From: Candidatus Thorarchaeota archaeon | GTDB taxonomy: Archaea; Asgardarchaeota; Thorarchaeia; Thorarchaeales; Thorarchaeaceae | Direction of reading: 5' to 3' | Assembly (NCBI GenBank): GCA_048882045.1 | Contig: JBHLRZ010000052.1 | Span: 1 to 16,083 of the forward strand | Length of the DNA: 16,083 nucleotides | In this document: one piece after another, positions 6,615 through 14,835 of the stretch | Position numbering within the stretch: the stretch's first letter is position 1 | Layout: every line of letters begins with the position of its first letter | The notes under the pieces: generated by a model | Told to the model about the DNA's origin: nothing | What the model saw: the letters and a program-made list of their open reading frames with translations, nothing else | Database searches by the model: none | Translations under genes and position numbers: made by a program

Positions 6615-7541
6615 TCAATATCCTGCTTCACGAATCATATCATCAAGCATTGTTTCTGCATAATACTTGAACTTCTTGTTGGAGTATGACACCAATGTTG
6701 TCGTGGATTTGACGAAGGTTTGACAACGAATATGCCGTGCAATCTCCTCAGCCTGATGGAGGTCATCTACAACAAACTCAGCGAAGATGACAGGATCTGT
6801 TGCTGATACGGTAGGGTCCCACAACTCTAGTGGATATTCCGCTTTTAGCCACTTGACAACTTCGTTCAAAGTGGTTTCGTCCTCGTTCAACTCTAAACGC
6901 ACGTAGAAGTTTACAAGACCACCTGCCGCTGTGTCAGGCCTGGTAGAGAAGATTACACCTCCATCTTCCATAAGTTCCCGGATTCCCCGTCTAACTGTCT
7001 TAGCAGCAAGTCCTGCTTCTTGAGCAATTTCAGAAATCAGAGCGCGGGGATTCTTCTGAAGAACAGCAAGTATTCTGAGGTGAAGATTGGCAAGGTCAAC
7101 CTTTCGTCCCATGCGCCAAAGGATTGTATGAAGCTCAACATCTTGTACCGTTGACGGATGACGGAGGAATTTTCTAAGGTCGGACAACATAGAAGATCCA
7201 ATATATTGTCCCCAGAGGAGATATGCTCCACCCACTGCGCTTGCGAGTAGGCTGATATGACCAACCATTTCATTTTCGCCCATGTACTTCAGGAATTCAT
7301 CTATATCCTCAGTCCCATCGGTTATGACTAGAGCCATGAAATATTCTGCATTGATCATAGCAGCATCAAGGGAAATGGCAAATCTCGATATTGCTCCGCT
7401 GTCAAGTAAAGCTGAAACCCTATTCTTCACAGCATTGGCACTTAGCCCAGTCTTCTTTGATAGGTTTTCATAGCTGACTCTGCAGTTTTTCGAAATTTCT
7501 GTCAATATCATTTTGTCAACAGGATCCAATACTGTGCCCAC
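6615..7541 (-). CDS. Tandem (two-module) Lrp/AsnC-family winged-helix transcriptional regulator
   Basis: Two HTH modules (LDPVDKMILTEISKNCRVSYENLSKKTGLSANAVKNRV; LHLRILAVLQKNPRALISEIAQEAGLAAKTVRRGI), each followed by a RAM-like alpha/beta domain. Confidence 0.88.
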   Translation of the reverse strand: MGTVLDPVDKMILTEISKNCRVSYENLSKKTGLSANAVKNRVSALLDSGAISRFAISLDAAMINAEYFMALVITDGTEDIDEFLKYMGENEMVGHISLLASAVGGAYLLWGQYIGSSMLSDLRKFLRHPSTVQDVELHTILWRMGRKVDLANLHLRILAVLQKNPRALISEIAQEAGLAAKTVRRGIRELMEDGGVIFSTRPDTAAGGLVNFYVRLELNEDETTLNEVVKWLKAEYPLELWDPTVSATDPVIFAEFVVDDLHQAEEIARHIRCQTFVKSTTTLVSYSNKKFKYYAETMLDDMIREAGY

Positions 7542-7605
7542 CTGTTTCTAACCATCAAACATCTTCTTGTTAGTATTTTCCTTTCCTGTTGAGGATACAG
7601 GGACT

Positions 7606-8058
7606 TCACAAGAATTCAGACAGTCGCTTGTTTTGCCATACAATATTCCGTTTCTCATTTGCGATCTTTTCAGCAGCCTCGATGTACATCCTCAGGGTAT
7701 CGATATGTGATCGTAGTTCGGCAACACTGCTATTATGACCCAATTTGAAAGAAGAGGGACCTATTCTTCGACCTTTCCTAAAAGCGGCATAGAAACAGGC
7801 TTCGATTCCCTTTGCTCCCATAGTCTGAGCTCGTTCTCCCACAGTCATAATGAGGTCAAGATCCTCCTGAGATTCGATACACATGTAGTATGCTGGACGC
7901 AACGGGTGAGATGTATCAGTGAATTTCACAATACGAGACCCCTCGGGAAATCGGTTGTTAAGACAGGTGTTGCATCTCCACTCTCCACCATCAGAGAACG
8001 AGTTGTATATGTACTGGACTCCGTCTGTGGACCCACAAGCATCACAGGTTTTCGTCAT
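7606..8058 (-). CDS. Hypothetical protein with N-terminal Zn-finger (CxxC...CxxC)
   Basis: CDAC and CNTC in the first 32 aa, a purine-rich SD-like AGGGGAATAGGA before the ATG, and a helical C-terminus. Confidence 0.7.
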   Translation of the reverse strand: MTKTCDACGSTDGVQYIYNSFSDGGEWRCNTCLNNRFPEGSRIVKFTDTSHPLRPAYYMCIESQEDLDLIMTVGERAQTMGAKGIEACFYAAFRKGRRIGPSSFKLGHNSSVAELRSHIDTLRMYIEAAEKIANEKRNIVWQNKRLSEFL

Positions 8059-8177
8059 TCCTATTCCCCTTTCTGATTCTCTAACAGGAAAAATAGTTGC
8101 AAATGAAGAACTTGAGATGTTATGTTCTCTCGGTGATACAAACTAGAGAGTCTGTGGTCTCGAAAAAAGGCCAAGAG

Positions 8178-8184
8178 TTTATAT
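8178..8184 (+). promoter_or_regulatory. Candidate TATA box for the small Zn-binding gene
   Basis: TTTATAT preceded by purine-rich CAAGAG, about 65-90 nt upstream of the ORF. Confidence 0.4.
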
Positions 8185-8248
8185 CTATTCACGAAGACGC
8201 GAGTCCAGTGATTTCTGTGGAATGGAGAGGCTAGCGATGTTGCCCTGA

Positions 8249-8467
8249 GTGGCTATCGCAGGATGTATTATCATACCGCACAAGAAAGGCCGAGGAGGCC
8301 TCAAGAAGATCAGAGTTCGTGAAGTGAGCGGGAAAGTTTATCCTCACAGGATGGACCGTTGCACTGTCAACATCGCTCCCAGGTGCAAGGGTTGGGTAAA
8401 TGTAAACACCATGCCTGCTCCTGGCATATGCAAGCGTTGCTGGCAGGTCATAAACTCTCGTAAATGA
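8249..8467 (+). CDS. Small basic Cys4 Zn-binding protein (start uncertain)
   Basis: PHKKGRGGLKKIRVR ... C-x7-C ... CKRC. It fills the intergenic gap, with a TATA upstream and a hairpin/T-tract downstream. The start may be GTG 8249 or non-canonical ATA 8273. Confidence 0.6.
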   Translation: MAIAGCIIIPHKKGRGGLKKIRVREVSGKVYPHRMDRCTVNIAPRCKGWVNVNTMPAPGICKRCWQVINSRK

Positions 8468-8470
8468 ACA

Positions 8471-8500
8471 GGGGGACATTCCCCCAACTATTCTTTTTCT
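8471..8500 (+). terminator. Hairpin plus T-rich tract
   Basis: GGGGGA-CAT-TCCCCC (8471-8485), followed by TTCTTTTTCT, between convergent genes. Confidence 0.55.
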
Positions 8501-9090
8501 CATTCTATTATGGGAGCTTGTGATGACCTTTTATGGAATTCTTTGAACCGAGTGAGTCTCTGACGGGTTGAGTTAACTGCATAAAAAAGGAAGATAACTG
8601 ATACAATGAGAAAAATACCAGGGAGTATTGATGGGCCCATACCTATGCTCCGATATCCTAGTGCTGAATTCCAGTTATTCAGACCGTCACATGCCCAGAC
8701 AGTGAAGTGGATGTCAAAGGTTCCGCCTTCCCAAGAGAGGAACTTGCCTATGCTAAATCTCCAAGTTCCATTATTTATTGTGCCTTCTGAGAGTTGAGCA
8801 TACACCCTGTATGTTGCGTCAGTCGCTTGGTCAGATATGTCTGCAAACACAGTGGTGACATTGTCAGAGTCACTTACGTCAATCGCCATATCGTAAGTGA
8901 CGTTCCGAGGCCAATAGATAGATCCGTCAGCACAGAGTCCATTGTATCGAATATAGATGGATGGTCCTTCCTGGCCTTGCGCAATTATATTTGAATTGTT
9001 TAGAGCTGATAAGGATGGACTAATTGGAACTGATGGCAAGATTATGATTATAAAGAGAATCAAAACTCCTCTAAGTCGCCCTGCCTGCAA
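8500..9090 (-). CDS. Secreted, C-terminally membrane-anchored protein with a beta-sandwich (Ig-like) domain
   Basis: N-terminal signal-like hydrophobic stretch, beta-rich core (DVSDSDNVTTV; FTVWACDGLNNW), several N-x-S/T sequons, and a C-terminal TM helix with a basic tail. Confidence 0.75.
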   Translation of the reverse strand: MQAGRLRGVLILFIIIILPSVPISPSLSALNNSNIIAQGQEGPSIYIRYNGLCADGSIYWPRNVTYDMAIDVSDSDNVTTVFADISDQATDATYRVYAQLSEGTINNGTWRFSIGKFLSWEGGTFDIHFTVWACDGLNNWNSALGYRSIGMGPSILPGIFLIVSVIFLFYAVNSTRQRLTRFKEFHKRSSQAPIIE

Positions 9091-9201
9091 TACAATCTCC
9101 AGATATCACTAGTCGACAGTAATATTCAGTCTACTTATAGAACGTTCAATCGATTGCATCATGAAGACTGGTGGACTTTTTCCAACCAATTTTACATTTG
9201 A

Positions 9202-9447
9202 CTATGCAGGAATATAGATCCATTGTCGCATATCTTGTAGACAGGGAATTCGTCGAATCAAATTTTTCTTCAGCAGCTTTCGGAGCGCATATCTAACTGT
9301 GCGAGGAGCGAATTGCACTTCTCCTAAGAGTTGTTTGGGTGTGACACCATTTTTCCCTTGCTTTCTCAATATTGAGAGAACTATCTCTTGACTCTTTGTC
9401 AACTTGGAAGCCTTCACCCTTTGCTCAAATTCTTCATTACTCATCAT
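9202..9447 (-). CDS. Small winged helix-turn-helix DNA-binding protein (MarR/ArsR-like)
   Basis: LTKSQEIVLSIL...TPKQL...APRTVRYALRKLLKKNLIRRIPCLQDMRQWIY. The track start is TTG 9462, but a GGTG SD favours ATG 9447 or 9444. Confidence 0.85.
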   Translation of the reverse strand: MMSNEEFEQRVKASKLTKSQEIVLSILRKQGKNGVTPKQLLGEVQFAPRTVRYALRKLLKKNLIRRIPCLQDMRQWIYIPA

Positions 9448-9574
9448 TGGTAAAAACACCAACTATATAGATATTCGTTTTAAAGAATAGTATATAATAT
9501 TTTCTACAAAAGCGATTGGAAAAATTAACTGCGTTAAGATGGCGGGAGGTCAGGATTGGTATGGGTATGGGTTT

Positions 9575-9787
9575 CTATGGATCATCCTCATCATCGGGGT
9601 CACTCACTACGACACCAGAATCCAGATGCTCATAGGTAGGTGTTTGGAGTTTATCGGAATCTCCCATCTCCGCAAACTTAGCCTGAGCGTAACGATTCCA
9701 AGCTACAAGAGCAAGAATAAAAGCAGCGAGAATGATTCCTACGAATATTCCGTATTTGTGAAGCCATAAAATGAAATCGAGTTGCAT
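9575..9787 (-). CDS. Small single-pass membrane protein with acidic tail
   Basis: One TM helix (GIFVGIILAAFILALVAW) and tail SDPDDEDDP. A GGTGAT SD favours ATG 9787 (70 aa) over the track start at 9826. Confidence 0.65.
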   Translation of the reverse strand: MQLDFILWLHKYGIFVGIILAAFILALVAWNRYAQAKFAEMGDSDKLQTPTYEHLDSGVVVSDPDDEDDP

Positions 9788-9952
9788 CAAATAATCACCA
9801 GTTAGATCAAAGTGGAATGTTTCCATGCTTCTTCGGAGGTCTATTTTGTTTTTTTCTTGTAAGTAAGTCCGGAGGGATATAAATCATAATCTTGATTTTG
9901 TTAAATAGAATTCAAAAATCGTTTATGTGATAAATCTAAATTGAATGTCTGT

Positions 9953-11056
9953 TTACTCATTTTCCACACAGTCCTTTTTAACCTTTGAACAACGAAGAAG
10001 CATGATAAAATTCGAGCCATCACCGGGATTGTTTTCAACTCTATCTTCTACTCGAAAATATCCGCCGTAGTTTTCTATAACATACCAAGCGAGAGTCAAT
10101 TCCAAACCTAATCCATTGGAGCTGTTAGGTTTCTGCAACAGATGTTTCGAGAGGTCTGAGCTTTCGATGTCACTATTTTCTACACCATGGTCTTTGATTT
10201 GCAGTTTAAGATATGGCGTTTGGACTATTGATTCTATATCGATATCAATTCGAATCGTTGTCCTTGAATCTTTCATTGCGATGTGATGAATTAAACTCTT
10301 GAAAATTTCAAGAAGATATTCATCAGCAGTAACGAAATATTGCCCAGGTTCAAGATTTGTTGTTATAGATAACACCTTGTGGGGAAGGGATCTCTCAACA
10401 GTTTCTATGGCAGAGGACAGACTTTCTCCAAGATCACATTCAAATAGCTGGGGAGCCTTTCTGGCAATTTGCCAAAGCGTCTTTAAATTTGAGATTAACG
10501 TCGAACTTCGCTCTATCTCACTTCGACCTTCATGAAGTATATGTCTTAGAGCAGGACTCATCTCAGACTTGGCAAGAGCATCATCAAAAAGAGCCATTGC
10601 ATGTGCATTGATTTCAGTTAGATCGAATGCAAATAGATCTATGATTGTTTCACTCCTGCTTAGCTCGTGAAACAGATTGCTAGCTGTGGTGAGTTGCTCC
10701 GTAACATTGTGGAATACAGCAACCACAGATACAATTCGATTTTCTTCATATCTAGGAAAGAGGGTACCTTCAACCTGAATCGGAATTCCGGACTTTGTTT
10801 GAAGTGTAATGAATAAGCCTTGCACTCTCTGACCTTCCAACGCTTTTGCAAGATTGTGCTTTGTTCTTAGAATGTACCCGGGGAATACATAATCTCTCAT
10901 TGAAATCTGTGAGATGCCATCTTCAGTGAATCCCAAAGTGTGTAACCAAGCAGGATTAACATATTCAAGAGACCCATCAGGTCTGATGCTTTGGATTAAT
11001 GCATTATAACCCTCCACACAGGATCTGAAAATTTCCTCACTTCCAGTAGTAATCAC
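9953..11056 (-). CDS. PAS + HisKA-like + HATPase_c-like sensor protein, probably catalytically degenerate
   Basis: PAS (YVNPAWLHTLGF...TKSGIPIQVEG...VFHNVTE) and HATPase remnants (ADEYLLEIF, IKDHG, GLGLELTL, YGGYFRVEDRV, GSNF). GGTGA SD precedes the GTG. Confidence 0.82.
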   Translation of the reverse strand: MITTGSEEIFRSCVEGYNALIQSIRPDGSLEYVNPAWLHTLGFTEDGISQISMRDYVFPGYILRTKHNLAKALEGQRVQGLFITLQTKSGIPIQVEGTLFPRYEENRIVSVVAVFHNVTEQLTTASNLFHELSRSETIIDLFAFDLTEINAHAMALFDDALAKSEMSPALRHILHEGRSEIERSSTLISNLKTLWQIARKAPQLFECDLGESLSSAIETVERSLPHKVLSITTNLEPGQYFVTADEYLLEIFKSLIHHIAMKDSRTTIRIDIDIESIVQTPYLKLQIKDHGVENSDIESSDLSKHLLQKPNSSNGLGLELTLAWYVIENYGGYFRVEDRVENNPGDGSNFIMLLRCSKVKKDCVENE

Positions 11057-11153
11057 TGAGTTTCACCACAAAAACAACTTCCTATACGACTATTGCTAGA
11101 AATTCCTATCAACTTGATATACTCAACACACAATTCACATCACAACATCTGCT

Positions 11154-12449
11154 TTACTTGGATATCACATTCTCCCCTAACTTGGTCTTGATGCTTTGCA
11201 GCAAGCCTTCCACCACATCTTTTCCGCATAGTTTTGAGAGCTCCTCCTTTAACTCTTCAATGAAAAACTCTAGAGTGTCTTGGATATCATTCAGAGCAAC
11301 AGGGCTTGAATAGGAGTCGAAAACACAATCAGACTGCATCATGCTAGTTAGATTTATCCGATTAATCCAAGGATGGTTCTTCTTGCCTTCCTCTTTGATT
11401 TGGTCAAAGAGACAAGTCATCGTCTTCCGACCAATGATTTGATATCCTCTTAGAATAAGATTCGAAAGAATACATTCATTCAAGAGAACACGCTGACAGT
11501 CTTCAGAAATCCTCTGGATATATCCTCTATTGATAAGTTCACCCAAATCTAGAAGAAGAGAATTCACTTTGGGAATTTTCACATCTTTTATGAGTGTCGA
11601 TAACTGTGTGCGACCATCAAATCGTGCGATCATGTTCAGACTATCATCTGAAAGACGCAATGGATTTGCTTTATGGAATAATACTGATAATGCACTCTCT
11701 GAGGGTGCTAGAATGTCATTATCAGTGGGAATAGGCTTAAGGTAAATAGCATTCTTCCAATATGCTCTCGAAACGTGATCAATTACATCATCTGTATGAA
11801 AGGAAAGAAAATCTGCTATCTCTTGAATTGATTGGACTCCTTCAATACAGCCTAGAGTCTTTAGAACATTGAAAGTCGTACTGGGAAGATTGAAAGTGAG
11901 ATCGGATCTCTCCAATTCAGGTCTTTTCATTACAAGTGTTCTAGTAGTCACTTTATCATCTGTGAACAACCTCCGAACAAATTGATCGAATTCCCTGAAT
12001 GCGCTACCTTCGATGCCATCAGAATTCTTGAATACTTGGAAACAATCTTCAAACTCATTCATAACATGGAGTAGTTTGCTTCGAACTTCATTCGTTTCCC
12101 TTGATACTGCGAGAACTCCGAATGTCCAATCACCTGTTTCTACAAGAACCGTAGTATCCATACCATAGATTGTTTTCCAACTTGATTGTTCCTCTCCTGA
12201 CACAAAAACCAAGAAACTCGACATAGCTGAGATAAATCCAGAAATCACTTGAGGATCTAAACTACCTATGTAGAATTCGTGTGTATAGGGAGCTAGTCCG
12301 CTATCCTTATTCATAATCATCAATAGTTTCTCATTAGGTAGCCAGGAGGACGATAAAGTGTCGGTAAGTACTCTATGTGCTACATTCCCCTTTGTGTTGG
12401 ATGGTTGATAGCGGAGATCATTTGTCACTCGTGATACCTCTTGTTCCAT
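11154..12449 (-). CDS. Longin-like domain + tandem winged-helix protein (Asgard-type, NPRL2-like architecture)
   Basis: Longin-like signature LLMIMNKDSGL...LDPQVISGFISAMSSF...VRSKLLHVMNEFE...FREFDQFVRRLF, and two wHTH-like units (IEGVQSIQEIA...; FDGRTQLSTLI...LINRGYI). The true start may be further downstream. Confidence 0.65.
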   Translation of the reverse strand: MEQEVSRVTNDLRYQPSNTKGNVAHRVLTDTLSSSWLPNEKLLMIMNKDSGLAPYTHEFYIGSLDPQVISGFISAMSSFLVFVSGEEQSSWKTIYGMDTTVLVETGDWTFGVLAVSRETNEVRSKLLHVMNEFEDCFQVFKNSDGIEGSAFREFDQFVRRLFTDDKVTTRTLVMKRPELERSDLTFNLPSTTFNVLKTLGCIEGVQSIQEIADFLSFHTDDVIDHVSRAYWKNAIYLKPIPTDNDILAPSESALSVLFHKANPLRLSDDSLNMIARFDGRTQLSTLIKDVKIPKVNSLLLDLGELINRGYIQRISEDCQRVLLNECILSNLILRGYQIIGRKTMTCLFDQIKEEGKKNHPWINRINLTSMMQSDCVFDSYSSPVALNDIQDTLEFFIEELKEELSKLCGKDVVEGLLQSIKTKLGENVISK

Positions 12450-12835
12450 GTTAGAATTCTAGACTAGCAACCTAGGAAACATGTAGAGAAAGAGCTATTC
12501 TGGTTTTTTGCAACTTCAGCTAGATATCAATATCATCACCAAGTTGTAATCTCAACCAGACTTTGCTCTCCTCTTTGATGATTAATCCAGAGTTCAGAAA
12601 GGTTCTACGGGATCTTTTGGAGGTGAAGTCATTTTTATCGAATAGAATAGAACCTCATAATATAGAAACTTGAACGATAGAATTTGCTATTAGAAATAAC
12701 AGTTGCATCCTATAAAGTAAGTATGCTAGGAAGATACGCATTTCTAACCCGCAAAATGCAGCAGATTTAATATAAGTAGACAGTTAATCAATACAACAGA
12801 AGCTCTTAAAGTCATCAGACCCAATACACCTCAGG

Positions 12836-14509
12836 ATGACACAACTTATCTCCAAAATAGCAGACGTATGGCAGGAATGTTCAAAGATAATAGTAGATCG
12901 TTTCCATCTTGAATTCCTACCTACGCCTATACTTGTCAAGAAACTCAGCAAGTTAGAAGATTTGCATATAGGAGGCAAGTATGAAGTCAAGAGTCGAGAA
13001 TTTCAAGTGGCGGAGGACGTTTTAGAAGGAGAGATTCCACTAAAGGGACTAGTCTTCCGAGAGTGCTTTTACAATTCATTACCAAATAACCTGTGCTCAG
13101 AAGCAAAGCGAGACCTATCTTTTGAGTTTTCTAGACAATATCTGAAGAAAGGTGAGAAGGACAAATGGATATCGATTTGGAAAAGGATTCCATCACTGCG
13201 GGTCCAAGCGAATCTCATTTACAACTCACTAGAACTCATGACATGGATACGCACCCTTGGTGGTAAGGATGAGTTAGATGCGATTCTTCATGAATTTGTA
13301 TGTATGTTTCGCTATGGGAAATCTCTGGATTTCAATGACTATGTTGAGTACATGATGCAAAGAGTACAGAATATTGTTGTCGCATTAAACCAAGTAGAGG
13401 TCAAGATATTAGATGCATTGATGAAAAATCGTGAAGCTTCATACAAACAGGTTGCGGAGATCACTGGATTAAGTGAATCGTGGGTTTGTTCTAAAATCAA
13501 TTACTTGAAAAGAAAATATGTTTTGATGGAGCATACCACAGTTCCTTTTTCCACCATCGGCATCAAAACATTCTATGCTCTTCTCGCTGGACCTTCATGG
13601 AGTGACCTAACAACTCTTCTGACAAAATGTCCCTTTTTGTACGAAATTCGAACGATTCTCAATGGACCTTGGCATTCAATGGCCAGACTAGCTGTGCCAG
13701 ACAATTCACAGAACATTCGTTCACTTAGACAAATGAGAACAATACTGGAGAATCATGGAATCGCATGCGACATATCAGAAACTTTCTCAGTCGGGGTTTG
13801 GAACTCATTCTATCACTATAATACCAAGACTCACTCTTGGGAGATACCATGGATAGCAATGCAGGGATGGGGCCATAGAATAGAAGAAGAATCAATCGAC
13901 AAACTTGTTGAACAAATTGACTATCCTACTAGAACTACTGATCACTATCTTGATTCTCTCGATATTCAAATTCTCAACTTAGTAAGGCAAGGACTGAAAT
14001 CAATCCGAGTGCTAAGGAAAGAACTTTCGGCAGGACAGAACAAGCTCTTGAAGCGTGTTAAGAAACTCAAGAGGGAAGGTTTGATACGAAGAGATTGGGG
14101 AGTCTATAATATTGGACTCGTTGAGAGAGTTGCACTCAGAGCTACAGATACAAGAACTGCAAGTCTTCTTGATGCATGGTCCAGAGAACTCCCACGTGTG
14201 TTTCTCCGCTATGAAAAGAATAGAAATCTTCTGATGGTGGCGGAGTTGCCTTTAGGAGGTTCGGCCAAATTGATGGACACGATCCGTTTACTCAAATGGC
14301 CTGCTACTATTTCACCTCTCAGCAGCGCTATCTGGGGACATTGGCAATTTCCTAGCACATTTTGGGATGTTGAAAAGCAACAATGGCGGTTTCAGAAGAA
14401 TGATTTGGAGAGCTGGCTGAATCTATTGAAGGAGGATTGTGAAAAACTAGTTACTGAGGAGATAGATGCAGAATCTGAGTATTTCACGATTCAACGATCA
14501 AGGCAGTGA
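12836..14509 (+). CDS. Large multi-domain regulator with two Lrp/AsnC-type wHTH modules and an uncharacterised N-terminal domain
   Basis: HTH1 is LNQVEVKILDALMKNREASYKQVAEITGLSESWVCSKINYL. HTH2 is LDSLDIQILNLVRQG...LKRVKKLKREGLI. Each module ends in an aromatic motif (HYNTKTHSW; FWDVEKQQW). Confidence 0.8.
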   Translation: MTQLISKIADVWQECSKIIVDRFHLEFLPTPILVKKLSKLEDLHIGGKYEVKSREFQVAEDVLEGEIPLKGLVFRECFYNSLPNNLCSEAKRDLSFEFSRQYLKKGEKDKWISIWKRIPSLRVQANLIYNSLELMTWIRTLGGKDELDAILHEFVCMFRYGKSLDFNDYVEYMMQRVQNIVVALNQVEVKILDALMKNREASYKQVAEITGLSESWVCSKINYLKRKYVLMEHTTVPFSTIGIKTFYALLAGPSWSDLTTLLTKCPFLYEIRTILNGPWHSMARLAVPDNSQNIRSLRQMRTILENHGIACDISETFSVGVWNSFYHYNTKTHSWEIPWIAMQGWGHRIEEESIDKLVEQIDYPTRTTDHYLDSLDIQILNLVRQGLKSIRVLRKELSAGQNKLLKRVKKLKREGLIRRDWGVYNIGLVERVALRATDTRTASLLDAWSRELPRVFLRYEKNRNLLMVAELPLGGSAKLMDTIRLLKWPATISPLSSAIWGHWQFPSTFWDVEKQQWRFQKNDLESWLNLLKEDCEKLVTEEIDAESEYFTIQRSRQ

Positions 14510-14645
14510 GTAGTAAAACGCATCAGTAACACAATTCTTCGAAATATCACAAACACTTGAAGTTTGCTACTATTTGCTATTTTGAAGTGCGTAGAGAACG
14601 CATTATTTTCAATCAAAGCCCCAGTTTCATCGCTCGTTCAACAGC

Positions 14646-14652
14646 TTATATA
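14646..14652 (+). promoter_or_regulatory. Candidate TATA box
   Basis: TTATATA lies ~22 nt upstream of the start of the GC-rich structured element, consistent with archaeal TATA-to-TSS spacing. Confidence 0.5.
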
Positions 14653-14673
14653 CTAAGAATTCGACTTATCCAT

Positions 14674-14767
14674 TGGGACCCAAGGAACTGACAGGGGAAG
14701 ATTGTAACGAAAAACCGGTAACTCGTTATGAGGGGGGTCCCAGGGGTCTGGAAACCATCCGGACCCC
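14674..14767 (+). ncRNA. Putative structured RNA (small ncRNA or 5' leader), family not recognised
   Basis: P1 TGGGACCC/GGGTCCCA (14674-81/14735-42), inner P2 TAACGA/TCGTTA (14705-10/14723-28), and P3 GGGGTCTGGA/TCCGGACCCC (14743-52/14758-67). It forms a GC-rich island in an AT-rich spacer. Confidence 0.5.
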
Positions 14768-14835
14768 GCCTATTGCCTATTGGTACTTGATTCAAAGGAT
14801 ATCATAATGGGAACCAGTAAATTCATTGGAGTTCA

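Noticed and set aside
9535-9577. Possible TAG readthrough or frameshift extending the small membrane protein (CCCATA repeats after the stop)
   Set aside because: No supporting signal or homology is available, and the acidic tail ends plausibly at the TAG.
12619-12626. Perfect SD GGAGGTGA in the intergenic region
   Set aside because: No canonical start codon with a usable ORF follows at a suitable spacing.
14510-14835. CRISPR array or tRNA next to the CARF regulator
   Set aside because: There are no regularly spaced direct repeats and no cloverleaf or T-loop (GTTCRA) in the structured segment.
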